Below are positions 32,706 to 42,262 of a DNA stretch of 64,000 bases, piece by piece. The notes below the pieces were generated by a model, which had not been told where the DNA came from, did not search any database, and saw only the letters and a program-made list of their open reading frames with translations. Numbering within the stretch: the first letter of the stretch is position 1; each line of letters opens with the position of its first letter. Source of the DNA: Gemmatimonadaceae bacterium (GTDB lineage Bacteria; Latescibacterota; UBA2968; UBA8231); contig JAPOZM010000108.1 of the NCBI GenBank assembly GCA_026706075.1, forward strand, positions 30,685 through 94,684, written 5' to 3'. The translations under genes were made by a program, and so were the position numbers.

Positions 32706-33661
32706 GAGGTTTCTCCGGGCCGCGGGTCCCGCGGCGCCCAGAAGCCGCGGTCGGCGAGGGTGCGCCACAGGATGCGGCGGTAGGCGCCGAGGCGATCCCG
32801 GGCCTCGCCCCGGGTGCGGGGGCGGACCAGCCAGAGCAGGGACCAGAGGGTGGTGCGCAGGATCATCTCGATGCCGGTGAGCAGACGCAGGAGGTGCAGG
32901 CGGCCGCGGCCGAAGTGCTTCTGATGGAGGTAGTACTGGCTCCGCTGGCTCACGACGAGCATCTCCCCCAGGCGCTGGCGGATGCTGCGGCCCTCGTGGT
33001 GGACGACCCGGCTCCGCGGGAAGTAGACGACGCGCCAGCCGGCGTCGCCCAGACGCATGCACCACTCCACGTCCTCGTGGCACATGAACATGCCGTCGTC
33101 GAGGGGACCGGCGGCCTCGGCGGCTTCCCGACGGACCAGGAGGCAGGCGCCCGTGACCCAGCCCACATCCTCCGCCCGGCTGCGGCGGCGGGCCAATCTA
33201 CGGTCGGGGAACAGTCTGTGCAACAACAGCTTATGCGCGATCAGGGAGAGTCCTCCCGGGGCCCTCCCCCAGGAGAGTTCCAGGTTGCCGCGGTCGTCCT
33301 CCAGGCGCGGGCCGACGGCCCCCACGCGGGCGTTGCGGTCGGCGAAGTCCACCATCCCGCCCAGGGCCCCCGGGTCGACGCGGGTGTCGGGGTTGAGGAG
33401 CAGCAGGTGGCGGCCGCGGGCCCGGGCGAGGGCGAGGTTGTGGCCGCCGCTGAACCCGAGGTTCTCGCGGCTGCGGATGACCGCCGCCTCCGGGAAGCAC
33501 TCCTCCACCATGTCGGCGCTGCCGTCGCTGGAGGCGTTGTCGACGACGAACAGCTCCCACGCGGCGCTGCGCGGGTCCTCGCGGATCGAGGCCAGGCAGT
33601 CGCGCAGCAGCTCGCGGGTGTTCCAGCTGACGATGGAGATCGACAGCTCCGGGGCGCTCAC
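32702..33661 (-). CDS. Glycosyltransferase family 2.
   Basis: Motifs are LSISIVSWNTRELLRDCLASI, FVVDNASSDGS, LLLNPDT and ACLLVRREA. The proposed GTG start at 33659-33661 overlaps the upstream TGA. Confidence 0.8.
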   Translation of the reverse strand: MSAPELSISIVSWNTRELLRDCLASIREDPRSAAWELFVVDNASSDGSADMVEECFPEAAVIRSRENLGFSGGHNLALARARGRHLLLLNPDTRVDPGALGGMVDFADRNARVGAVGPRLEDDRGNLELSWGRAPGGLSLIAHKLLLHRLFPDRRLARRRSRAEDVGWVTGACLLVRREAAEAAGPLDDGMFMCHEDVEWCMRLGDAGWRVVYFPRSRVVHHEGRSIRQRLGEMLVVSQRSQYYLHQKHFGRGRLHLLRLLTGIEMILRTTLWSLLWLVRPRTRGEARDRLGAYRRILWRTLADRGFWAPRDPRPGETS

Positions 33662-34932
33662 CGCAGGCCCCCCGCCTCCAGCACCAGGATCACGGCCGCC
33701 CGCGCCGCCTCCGCCTGCCACCACACCAGCCCCTGCAGCGCCGCCCAGGCCGCGCAGGCCCCGGCGAAGAGGCGGCCCCCGCGGCGCCAGCCCTCGTGGG
33801 CGGCGGCGGCGCCGAAGACCAGCAGCAACGGCTCCAGGGGCAGGCGGAAGCGCGTCGAGCCGTAGAGCACGAAGCAGAAGACGGCCGCCGAGAGGACGAC
33901 GACCGCCGCCGGATAGCGGAACCCCGGGCTCCGCCCCCAGCGGACCAGCCCCCAGACCCAGAACGGCGCCGCCAGCACGAAGGCGGCGTTGTACCCGGGC
34001 TGGAAGAAGTACCCGAACCGCAGGAAGCGCTCGCCCGCCAGGCGCAGGTATCCCAGGGGATGGGCGGCGATCCAGCCGAGTCCCTGCCGCCACCAGCGCC
34101 GATCCCGCTCCACCTCGCGCGGCACGGCCTCGAAGTGTCCGCCGTCGATGCGCCAGCCGTCGGGCCGCCGCCAGTCCGGCCGGTCGGCGTTGCTGCGGGC
34201 GACGATGAAGCCGCCGTGGGTGGAGACGGGGACGAAGGCGCCGTGGACCAGGGCGTTGCGGGCGGTCCACGGCGCCAGGGTCACCACGAGACCGGCCCCC
34301 AGGGGCAGCGCCCAGCGCCGCAGCCAGCCCCGCAGCGCCGCCCGGTCCTCCCAGGCGGCCACGGCCAGCACCGCCGGCGCCGCGAGCAGGCCCACCGGCC
34401 GGGTGAGGCCGGCCAGGGCGATCAGCACGCCGGCGGCGAAGGCCCAGCGGCGGCCGGGACGGTGGCGGCTCTCGACCGCGGCCCAGAGGGCGGCCACCAG
34501 CAGGCCGGTGAAGAGGCACTCGCTCATCACCTCGTTGGCGCTGGCCAGCAGCGGCGGGTAGACGGCCGCCGCCACGCCGGCCAGGGGCGCCGCCGAGGGC
34601 CTCAGGCGCAGGGCCAGCAGGTAGACCAGCGACACCGTGAGCGCCCCCAGGATCGCCTGCACCAACCTCACCGCCTGGTGATCGAAGCCGGCGGCCCCGT
34701 ACACGGCGGCCAGCATCAGCGGATAGCCCGGGGCGCGCCACGAGCGCACGGGGTGGCCGAACCAGTTCTCGTGGGAGACGAACCCATCCCCGGCGAGCAG
34801 GTTGCGGGCGATCTCGTCGTAGTCGGGGGTGTCCTGGGGCGGCGCTTCGGCGGCGGCGCTCACGTACAGGATGCGCAGGGCCGCGGCCCCGGCGAAGAGC
34901 CATCCGGCATGGCCCATCCGGGGACGGCGCAT
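33658..34932 (-). CDS. Polytopic membrane glycosyltransferase, GT39/ArnT-PMT-like (GT-C fold).
   Basis: QDTPDYDEIARNLLAGDGF is the first-loop acidic motif typical of PMT_2/ArnT-like enzymes. At least nine hydrophobic helices are present. ATG at 34930-34932 overlaps the upstream TGA (ATGA). Confidence 0.7.
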   Translation of the reverse strand: MRRPRMGHAGWLFAGAAALRILYVSAAAEAPPQDTPDYDEIARNLLAGDGFVSHENWFGHPVRSWRAPGYPLMLAAVYGAAGFDHQAVRLVQAILGALTVSLVYLLALRLRPSAAPLAGVAAAVYPPLLASANEVMSECLFTGLLVAALWAAVESRHRPGRRWAFAAGVLIALAGLTRPVGLLAAPAVLAVAAWEDRAALRGWLRRWALPLGAGLVVTLAPWTARNALVHGAFVPVSTHGGFIVARSNADRPDWRRPDGWRIDGGHFEAVPREVERDRRWWRQGLGWIAAHPLGYLRLAGERFLRFGYFFQPGYNAAFVLAAPFWVWGLVRWGRSPGFRYPAAVVVLSAAVFCFVLYGSTRFRLPLEPLLLVFGAAAAHEGWRRGGRLFAGACAAWAALQGLVWWQAEAARAAVILVLEAGGLR

Positions 34933-36254
34933 CAGGCGCCGAGGACCTCGTCGAAGCACTCCGCCAGCCGGCGGGTCAGCTCGCGCCGGTGGAAGCGCTC
35001 CAGGCCGGTCTCCGCTCGCGGCAGGGACCCCGCCCACAGCCGCCGCAGGGCCGCCTCGATGGCGTCGGTGTCGCCCGGGGCCGCGCACAACCCGGCGTCC
35101 AGCTCCTCCACCGTGCGCCGCGTCTCCCCCTCGCCGCAGAGGGCCAGGATCGGCTTGCCGGCGGCGAGGTACTCGAAGAGCTTGCCCGGCGCGTTGGAGG
35201 CGGGCCACGGCCGCGGGTGGTCCACGAGGAGCAGCACGTCGGCGCGCCGCTGGAAGGCCAGGGCCGTGGCGCGGTCGACGGCGCCGGTGAGCCGCACCAC
35301 GCCCAGCTCGGCCAGGGCCGACACCAGCTCCTGCTCCTCCGGCGACAGCTCGCCCACCAGGATCACCTCCAGGCGGTCGCACCACGCCGGCTCGGTGTCG
35401 ACCAGCCGGCGCAGGACCCGCTCCAGGGGCTCGATGGAGCGGCCGGGGTGGCTGTAGGCGAAACTGCCCGTGTGCACCAGGCTCAGGCGCCCGGAGACCG
35501 GCGCCCCCTCCGGATCGGCCCCGGCCTGCGCAGCCTCGCCGTCGGCGGGGTCGAAGCCGTTGGTGATGACGCGCACCTTGGCGGCCTCGGCCGGGTATCG
35601 GCGGACGAAGTCGTCGGCGGCCGTCCCCGTCGCCGAGATCACGGCGTCGGCCTCGGCCATCACCCCTTCCTCGAGGCGGCGTTCCAGCTCGCGGCGGAAG
35701 GGCATCTCCAGCAGGGCGGGCTCCAGCGGGTCGTAGAGCCAGGCGTCGCGGAAGTCGGCGATCCACGGCAGTCCCGTCTGCGCCTTGAGCAGCCCGCCGA
35801 GCAGGTGGGCCGAGGCCGGCGGGCTGGTCGTGTAGATCAGCTCCGCCCCGTGGCGCCGCACCCAGCGCAGGGCCGCGAGCGCGGCCCAGGGAACCCAGGT
35901 GATCTGCCCGTCGGGGACCAGCAGCCAGCGCCGCGCCCCCGCGGAGAGGCCGGCCAGGGGGCCCCGCGTGCGCGTGCGGGTGGCGGCGGCGCCCCGGTGC
36001 CGGGCGGCGGGGTTGAAGAGGCGCCGGTAGAGTCCCAGCGGCTCCCAGGCGCGGATCACTCCGTCCTTCGGCTTTCCGAAGGCGCCCGTGCCCACCACCC
36101 GCGGCTGGTAGCCGAACTCCGGCAGATAGTGGGTGAACCGGGCGGAGCGCTCCACGCCCGGCGAACGCATCGGCGGGTAGTGGTAGGCGACGAAGAGAAC
36201 GGTCCGGAGGGGCGGAGCCCCGGCGGCCGGGGTGGCCTGCGGCGGTGGCGTCAT
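34932..36254 (-). CDS. Glycosyltransferase family 4 (Glyco_trans_4-like N-domain + Glycos_transf_1).
   Basis: The N-terminal motif is TVLFVAYHYPPMRSPGVERSARF. The C-terminal motif is KLFEYLAAGKPILAL. ATG at 36252-36254. It is the first gene of the co-directional glycan operon. Confidence 0.8.
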   Translation of the reverse strand: MTPPPQATPAAGAPPLRTVLFVAYHYPPMRSPGVERSARFTHYLPEFGYQPRVVGTGAFGKPKDGVIRAWEPLGLYRRLFNPAARHRGAAATRTRTRGPLAGLSAGARRWLLVPDGQITWVPWAALAALRWVRRHGAELIYTTSPPASAHLLGGLLKAQTGLPWIADFRDAWLYDPLEPALLEMPFRRELERRLEEGVMAEADAVISATGTAADDFVRRYPAEAAKVRVITNGFDPADGEAAQAGADPEGAPVSGRLSLVHTGSFAYSHPGRSIEPLERVLRRLVDTEPAWCDRLEVILVGELSPEEQELVSALAELGVVRLTGAVDRATALAFQRRADVLLLVDHPRPWPASNAPGKLFEYLAAGKPILALCGEGETRRTVEELDAGLCAAPGDTDAIEAALRRLWAGSLPRAETGLERFHRRELTRRLAECFDEVLGA

Positions 36255-36361
36255 CAGTCGAGAGAAAGCCGAAACTAAGGCGTCCCCGGGGGCCGGCTCA
36301 AACCGTTCGACGGCACTCGCGCCGGTAGCCGTTCAACGGGATAGGGCCTATATTGGAGCCC

Positions 36362-36835
36362 ATGAGCCTGCTCGATATCCTCTCCGTGAAATCGGCCATC
36401 GTCGGCCTCGAGGGAGAGACCAAGGACGGCATCATCGAGGAGCTCGTCGACTCGCTCGAGGTCGGCGCCTCCATCACGGACAGGGACAAGGTTCTCCAGG
36501 CGGTGCTCGAGCGCGAGAAGATCATGAGCACCGGTATCGGCGACGGCATCGCCATCCCCCACGGCAAGTCCGACGCCGTCCTCGAGCTCGCCGCCGCCCT
36601 CGGCATCCACAAGCGCGGCGTCGACTTCGAGGCCCTCGACGGCGAGCCGACCTTCGTCTTCTTCCTCCTCGTCTCCCCCGCCAGCATCTCGGGCCCCCAC
36701 ATCAAGGCCCTGGCCCGCATCTCCCGCATGTTGAAGAACGACGGTTTCAAGAAGAAGCTGATCGAGTCCGGGTCCTCCGAGGAGATCCTCGAGGTCATCG
36801 GAGAAGAAGAGAAGAACCACCCGCCCGCCGGGTAG
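36362..36835 (+). CDS. ptsN: PTS EIIA type-2 domain protein (nitrogen-regulatory IIA, PtsN-like).
   Basis: Motifs are GIGDGIAIPHGK (phospho-His loop) and FVFFLLVSP. ATG is at 36362. An alternative TTG at 36353 (the track start) is also possible. Confidence 0.8.
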   Translation: MSLLDILSVKSAIVGLEGETKDGIIEELVDSLEVGASITDRDKVLQAVLEREKIMSTGIGDGIAIPHGKSDAVLELAAALGIHKRGVDFEALDGEPTFVFFLLVSPASISGPHIKALARISRMLKNDGFKKKLIESGSSEEILEVIGEEEKNHPPAG

Positions 36836-36847
36836 CGGCGGCGCCGC

Positions 36848-38923
36848 TTGCAGTTTCTCAACCCCCTGGCCCTGGCCGGGCTCGCGGCGGCCCTCGTTCC
36901 CCTCGCCGTCCACCTCCTGCACCGCGGGCGCCCCCGGGTCGTCCCCTTCAGCAACGTCGCCTTCCTGCGGCGGGTCCACGTCAGCCACATGCGCAGCCTG
37001 CGCCTGCGCCAGTGGCTGGTGCTGCTGCTGCGCATGCTCGCCGTCGCCTGCCTGGCCCTCGCCTGCGCCCGCCCCGCCCTGCAGGAGGGCGCCGGCCTCT
37101 TCGGAGGCTCGCGGCCGGCGGCGGCCGTGCTCCTCCTGGACCGCTCCCTCAGCACCCGCCACAGCCCGCCCGGAGGCCGCGCCTTCGACCGCCTCCGCCA
37201 GCGCGCCGACGAGGTCCTGTCCCTGTACGAGGACGGCCGCCACCGGGTGAGCGTGATCCCCTTCGCCTCCCGCCCCGACAGTGCCGACGGCTCGGCGGCA
37301 GGCCTCCTGCGGGAACGCCTGGCCGAGGTCGCCCCCGGCGAGGCCGGCACCGACGTGTCGCGGGCCCTGCGCGCCGCCGGCCGGCAGCTCGCCCGGACGC
37401 CGACGGCGCGGGGGGAGGTCTACCTGTTCACCGACCTGGCGGGCACCGGCTGGGAGGACGTCCGTCCCGGCCTCCTCGGCCCCGACCCGCGGACCCTCTT
37501 CCTCGTCTCTCCCGCGGGGGGCCGGCAACGCAACCTCCACGTCTCCGAGGTGGGCGCCGCGGGGTGGCTCGCCGCCCCGGGCTCGCGCCTCGGCATCGGC
37601 GCCCGGGTGGGGCAGTCGGGGGGCGGCGAGGCCGATCTCTCCGTCGACCTATTCCTCGACGGCGAGCGGATGCAGCGGCGGCGGGTGCAGGTGCCGGCGT
37701 CGGGCGCGGCGGAGGTGGCCTTCACCGTAGCCCCCCGGCGCAGCGGCCGGCTCCCCGGCTTCGTGGAGGTCGAGGCCGACGACCTGCCCGCCGACAACCG
37801 CCGCTACTTCATCCTCCAGGTGCCCGACGGCATCGCCGTCCTGCTGGCGGGGCCGGCCCGGAGCGACACCTACTACGCCCGCCGCGCCCTGGCCGCCGCC
37901 GCCACCGGAGACGCCGCCCTGAAGGTGGAGTCCACCACCCTCGACGAACTGGACGACGACAGACTGGCCGGCGTCGACGTGCTGGTCCTGTGCCACCTGG
38001 AGAGCGCGACAGCCGCCCAGGCGAGGCAGGTGCGGAGCTTCGTCGAGGCCGGCGGCGGGCTGCTGCTGCTGCCCGGCCCGGCGGCCGACCTCTCCCGCCT
38101 CAACCGGGACTGGCTGCCGGGGCTGGTGCCGGCCACCCTCGCCGGCGTCGCCGGACGGCCGGGCGAGGAGGCTTACGCCGTTCTCGACTCGAACACCGCC
38201 GGGGCCGGGCTCTTCGCCGGCCTCCTGGCCGAGCCCGCCGACCGGCCCCGCTTTCACGCCCGCTTCGACATCGTCACCCGGCGCCAGCTCGCCGTCCTCG
38301 CCCGCTTCGACGACGGCAGACCCGCCCTCGTCGAGGGCCGGCCCGGCGAGGGGCGCGCCCTGCTGTGGGCCGTTCCCCTCGACCTGGCCTGGAGCGACTG
38401 GCCGCGGCGCGGGTCCTTCGTGCCGCTGCTGCACCGGCTGTGCCGCTACCTCGCGCGGCCGTCGGGGGACGCCGCCTACACCGTGGGGGACCGCGCCTGG
38501 CGCCGCCTTCCCGGCTCGCGGGTGGACGACCGCGTGCAGGCCCAGGCGCCCTCCGGCCGGCGGCGCTTCATCCGCGCCGAGACCTCCCTCGGGGACCTGC
38601 GCTGGGCCCTGCCGCCGCTGGACGAGGCGGGCATCTGGCGCCTCCTGGGGCCCGACGGCGGCGTCCGCGACGAGTTCGCCGTCAACGTCGACGCCGCCGA
38701 GTCCGACCTCACCGCCTTGTCGGAGCAGGAGATCCGCGAGCGGCTCCCGGGGGCGAGCCTCCACTTCCTCGACGCCGGGACGCCCGTGGGGGAGCGGGTC
38801 CTGGCCCTGCGCCACGGGCGCGAGTTGTGGCGGGAGTGCCTGGTCCTGGCGCTGGCGCTGCTGCTGCTGGAGTTGTGGATCGCGCGGGCGCCGCTGCCGA
38901 AGGGGGCGGCCCAAGAGGCCTGA
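36848..38923 (+). CDS. BatA-domain (aerotolerance-regulator N-terminal, double-TM) protein with a large extracytoplasmic region and a C-terminal TM helix.
   Basis: The TTG start gives (M)QFLNPLALAGLAAALVPLAVHLLHRGRPRVVPFSNVAFLR, the TIGR02226-type N-terminus. The C-terminal TM is CLVLALALLLLELWIA. Confidence 0.7.
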   Translation: MQFLNPLALAGLAAALVPLAVHLLHRGRPRVVPFSNVAFLRRVHVSHMRSLRLRQWLVLLLRMLAVACLALACARPALQEGAGLFGGSRPAAAVLLLDRSLSTRHSPPGGRAFDRLRQRADEVLSLYEDGRHRVSVIPFASRPDSADGSAAGLLRERLAEVAPGEAGTDVSRALRAAGRQLARTPTARGEVYLFTDLAGTGWEDVRPGLLGPDPRTLFLVSPAGGRQRNLHVSEVGAAGWLAAPGSRLGIGARVGQSGGGEADLSVDLFLDGERMQRRRVQVPASGAAEVAFTVAPRRSGRLPGFVEVEADDLPADNRRYFILQVPDGIAVLLAGPARSDTYYARRALAAAATGDAALKVESTTLDELDDDRLAGVDVLVLCHLESATAAQARQVRSFVEAGGGLLLLPGPAADLSRLNRDWLPGLVPATLAGVAGRPGEEAYAVLDSNTAGAGLFAGLLAEPADRPRFHARFDIVTRRQLAVLARFDDGRPALVEGRPGEGRALLWAVPLDLAWSDWPRRGSFVPLLHRLCRYLARPSGDAAYTVGDRAWRRLPGSRVDDRVQAQAPSGRRRFIRAETSLGDLRWALPPLDEAGIWRLLGPDGGVRDEFAVNVDAAESDLTALSEQEIRERLPGASLHFLDAGTPVGERVLALRHGRELWRECLVLALALLLLELWIARAPLPKGAAQEA

Positions 38924-39265
38924 TCAGGCGTCGAGGCCGCGGAGCATCTCGAAGGTGTAGATGCCGTCCTCGTGGCCGTCGGCCCAGTGGATGCGGATGC
39001 CGTAACGGCCCACCGGGTCGAAGCCCCGGGCTTCGGAGGTGGGGGTCAGCTCCTCGGTGGTGACGACGGGCAGCTCCGCCGCCACCAGCTGCGGACCGTG
39101 GGGCTCGCCGCGCTTCTGGCGGCAGATGGCGCAGGGGCACCGCATCCGCAGGTCCTGCAGGTCGTAGCGGCTCTCGCGGCCGTCCTGCCAGCGGATGCTC
39201 AGGGCCTCGTCTCCCAGGTCGATCCGCTCCGGCCGGCGCCTCCTGCGCTCCTCGAGACCTCGCAT
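38924..39265 (-). CDS. DUF971 (gamma-butyrobetaine hydroxylase-like N-terminal domain) protein.
   Basis: Motifs are LSIRWQDGRESRYDLQDLRMRCPCAIC and IHWADGHEDGIYTFEMLR. ATG at 39263-39265 overlaps the rimO stop (ATGA). Confidence 0.7.
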   Translation of the reverse strand: MRGLEERRRRRPERIDLGDEALSIRWQDGRESRYDLQDLRMRCPCAICRQKRGEPHGPQLVAAELPVVTTEELTPTSEARGFDPVGRYGIRIHWADGHEDGIYTFEMLRGLDA

Positions 39266-40629
39266 CACCAGACCTCCCCGGCCAGGCGCGCCTCCAGCTC
39301 GTAGGCGTGGGCGCCGGTGATCTCCACCTCGGCGAAGCGGCCCACCAGGTCTGCGTCCGCGGCCTCCGGCGCCGCTCCCTCGATGGGGGTCAGGCCCTCC
39401 GGCCCCGGCGTCTCGAGAACCACCTGCCCGTCGATCTCCGGGGCGTCGCGCTCGAGGCGGCCGGTGATCCGCCCCTCGGAGACGGAGTCGATCAGCATCG
39501 TGCGCCTCGTGCCGACCATGTCGTGGTTGATGTCGGCGGAGATGCGCTCCTGGAGCTGGGTCAGGCGGCGGTAGCGCTCGGCGGCCACGTGGGCCGGCAG
39601 CTTGCCGTCCAGCTCGAAGGCGGGGGTGCCCTCCTCGTCGGAGTAGAGGAAGCAGGTGGCGTTGTCGAAGCGGGTCGTCTCGATGAACTCCAGCAGCTCC
39701 TCGAACTGGTCCTCGGTCTCGCCGGGGAAGCCGACGATGAAGGAGGAGCGCAGGCCGACGCCGGGCATGCGCCGGCGCAGGCGGTCCAGCAGGTCGAGGG
39801 TCTTGCGGCGCGTGGTGGCCCGCTTCATGCGCTGCAGCACCGGGTCGGCGATGTGCTGCAGGGGCATGTCGACGTAGCGGCACATCTTCGGGTGGCCGGC
39901 GTAGAAGTCGAGCATCTCCCCGGTCCAGAAGGCCGGGTAGGTGTACATCAGCCGCAGCCACTCGATCCCGTCCACGTCGGCCAGCTGCTCCAGGAGCGGC
40001 ACCAGCCGCGGCCGGCCGTAGAGGTCGGCGCCGTAGCGCACCGAGTCCTGGGCCACCAGGACCAGCTCGCGGACCCCCGCTCCCGCCAGCCGCTCCGCCT
40101 CGGCCACCAGCTCTTCCACCGGCTCGCTCACATGCCGGCCGCGGATGGAGGGGATGGCGCAGAAGGCGCACTTGTGGTCGCAGCCGTCGGAGATGCGCAG
40201 GTAGGCCCAGTGGCGCGGCGTCAGGCTCGTGCGCGGCAGGCGGTCGACGTAGTGGCCGCGGCTCCGGCCCAGGAGGCGGTCCACGTGGCGCACGATGTCC
40301 CGCTCCTCGCGCAGGGTGAGGACCACGTCGGCCTCTTGGGCCAGCTCCGCCTTCACCTCCTCCTCGTAGCGCGTCGACAGGCAGCCGGTGACGACGACCC
40401 CCTTGCAGCGGCCCGACTCCTTGAGACGGGCCGCGGCCAGGATCGTGTCGATCGACTCCTCCTTGGCCGGCTCGATGAAGCCGCAGGTGTTGACGATGAC
40501 CACGTCGGCGTCGCCGGGGTCGCCGGTCAGGGTGTAGTCGTTGCCGCGCAGCAGGCCGAGCATGCGCTCGGAGTCGACCGTGTTCTTGGGGCAGCCGAGG
40601 CTGATCAGGTGGACGCGGGAGTCGCTCAT
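39265..40629 (-). CDS. rimO: Ribosomal protein S12 methylthiotransferase RimO (radical SAM + TRAM).
   Basis: The N-terminus is MSDSRVHLISLGCPKNTVDSE, followed by NTCGFI. The radical-SAM motif is SDGCDHKCAFCAIP. The TRAM-like C-terminus is GRFAEVEITGAHAYELEA. The ATGA overlap with aroB is present. Confidence 0.9.
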   Translation of the reverse strand: MSDSRVHLISLGCPKNTVDSERMLGLLRGNDYTLTGDPGDADVVIVNTCGFIEPAKEESIDTILAAARLKESGRCKGVVVTGCLSTRYEEEVKAELAQEADVVLTLREERDIVRHVDRLLGRSRGHYVDRLPRTSLTPRHWAYLRISDGCDHKCAFCAIPSIRGRHVSEPVEELVAEAERLAGAGVRELVLVAQDSVRYGADLYGRPRLVPLLEQLADVDGIEWLRLMYTYPAFWTGEMLDFYAGHPKMCRYVDMPLQHIADPVLQRMKRATTRRKTLDLLDRLRRRMPGVGLRSSFIVGFPGETEDQFEELLEFIETTRFDNATCFLYSDEEGTPAFELDGKLPAHVAAERYRRLTQLQERISADINHDMVGTRRTMLIDSVSEGRITGRLERDAPEIDGQVVLETPGPEGLTPIEGAAPEAADADLVGRFAEVEITGAHAYELEARLAGEVW

Positions 40630-41729
40630 GGATACCTGCGCTGCAGGAAGGATACGGCCTCGCGGACGACGCCGTCTTCGATGCCGTCCACGACCTCGAC
40701 GCGGCCGATGCCGCGGGCGAGGATGAAGCGGTTGCGCCCGGAGGCGCGCTTCTTGTCGGCCCGGGTGTGCTCGAAGATACGCCCGGCGTCGATCCCGCTG
40801 ATGCCGGGGCGCACGCCCAGCCGCTCCACCAAGGCGTCCTGGCGGGCCCTCGCCTCGGGGCTCTCCCACAGGCCGAGGCGGTCCGCGATCTCGGCGGCTG
40901 CGGCCATGCCGAGCAGCACCGCCTCGCCGTGGCGGAAGCCGTAGTCGGAGGCCGCCTCGATGGCGTGGCCCAGGGTGTGGCCGTAGTTGAGGATGGCCCG
41001 GAGGCCGCCCTCGCGCTCGTCGGCGGCGACCACCTCGGCCTTGATCCGCGCGTTGCGGGCGATCAGATCGTCGAGCTCGGCGGCGCCGATGCCCATCTCC
41101 ACGACCTCCTCCAGGCGCCGCTCCAGGAAGGCGAAGAGCTCCTCGTCGCGGATGACGCCGTGCTTGAGGACCTCCGCCAGGCCGGCCACGACCTCCTCCC
41201 GGGGCAGGGTGCGCAGGCTGTCGGTATCGGCCAGGACCAGCCGCGGCTGGTGGAAGACGCCCACCAGGTTCTTGCCGAGGCGGAGGTTGACAGCCGTCTT
41301 GCCGCCGATGCTGGCGTCGACCTGGGAGACGATGGTGGTCGGCACCTGCACCACGTCGACCCCGCGCAGGTAGCTGGCGGCCACGAATCCGGCCAGGTCG
41401 CCGACCACGCCCCCGCCGACGGCGGCGACCCAGGCGCCGCGGTCGAGGCCGGCGGCGGACATGCCCGAGGCCAGCTCCTCCACCGAGGCCAGGTTCTTGC
41501 CTTCCTCGCCGCCGGCGTAGGGCAGGACGAGGACCTCGAAGCCGGCGTCGCAGAGGCTGCGCCGGACGCTCTCGACGAAGGTATCCGCCAGTGCCGCGTC
41601 CCCGACGAGGGCGCAGCTCGTGCCCAGCCCCAGGCCGCGGCAGCGCTCCCCGAGGACGCCGACGGCGCCGTGACCGACGACGATGTCGCAGGATCGCCCG
41701 TCGGGCAGGCGGACGGGGACCTCTCTCAT
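40626..41729 (-). CDS. aroB: 3-dehydroquinate synthase.
   Basis: Motifs are GGGVVGDLAGFVAASYLRGVDVVQVPTT, DASIGGKTAVN and NYGHTLGHAIE. The preferred ATG at 41727-41729 makes an ATGA overlap with the aroK stop. The track start (GTG 41738) is an alternative. Confidence 0.9.
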   Translation of the reverse strand: MREVPVRLPDGRSCDIVVGHGAVGVLGERCRGLGLGTSCALVGDAALADTFVESVRRSLCDAGFEVLVLPYAGGEEGKNLASVEELASGMSAAGLDRGAWVAAVGGGVVGDLAGFVAASYLRGVDVVQVPTTIVSQVDASIGGKTAVNLRLGKNLVGVFHQPRLVLADTDSLRTLPREEVVAGLAEVLKHGVIRDEELFAFLERRLEEVVEMGIGAAELDDLIARNARIKAEVVAADEREGGLRAILNYGHTLGHAIEAASDYGFRHGEAVLLGMAAAAEIADRLGLWESPEARARQDALVERLGVRPGISGIDAGRIFEHTRADKKRASGRNRFILARGIGRVEVVDGIEDGVVREAVSFLQRRYP

Positions 41730-42262
41730 CTTCGGCACTCCTCCAGGCGCCGCGCCAGGCCGCCCGCCACCGCCTCGGCCGAGGTCTCCTCCGAGGTGCG
41801 CACGGTGATGTCGGCGGCGCCGTAGAAGGGGGCCCGCTCGGCCAGCATCTCCTCGATCTTTTGGCGCCGCTGGTCCGGCGTCAGGCCGGCCAGCAGGGGC
41901 CGGTCCTCCTTCCGCGACAGCCGCTTCAGGATCGACTCCACGTCGGCCTCGACGCAGACGAGGACGGCGCCGGCGCCGCGGATCGCCTTCCGGTTCTCGC
42001 TCAGGGTGATCGCCCCGCCGCCGAGGGCGACGACGGCCCCGTCGAGGGCCGCCGCCTCCCGCACGCAGGCGGACTCCAGCTCGCGGAAGGCCTCCTCGCC
42101 GCGGTCGGCGAAGATCTCGGGGACCGTCTGGCCGGCGCGCTCTTCCACCATCCGGTCGGTGTCGTAGAAGGGTCGGCCGAGACGAGCCGCCAGCAGCCGG
42201 CCGAGGCGGCTCTTGCCGGTGGCCATGAAGCCGGTGAGGAAGATCGGCCGGGCGCGGTCCAC
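41726..42262 (-). CDS. aroK: Shikimate kinase.
   Basis: The P-loop is IFLTGFMATGKSRLGRLLA. Motifs FYDTD and GGGA are present. The proposed GTG at 42260-42262 overlaps the argS TAG by 1 nt. Confidence 0.85.
   Translation of the reverse strand: MDRARPIFLTGFMATGKSRLGRLLAARLGRPFYDTDRMVEERAGQTVPEIFADRGEEAFRELESACVREAAALDGAVVALGGGAITLSENRKAIRGAGAVLVCVEADVESILKRLSRKEDRPLLAGLTPDQRRQKIEEMLAERAPFYGAADITVRTSEETSAEAVAGGLARRLEECRR

Noticed and set aside
36232-39063. 943-aa plus-strand ORF and 421-aa minus-strand ORFs overlapping ptsN and the BatA-like gene; likewise 58552-61248 + (898 aa) over sppA and 33658-35766 upstream part.
   Set aside because: Their composition is extremely rich in Arg, Pro, Gly and Ala and they have no motifs. 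The alternative frames encode proteins with clear family signatures and proper RBS or coupling.
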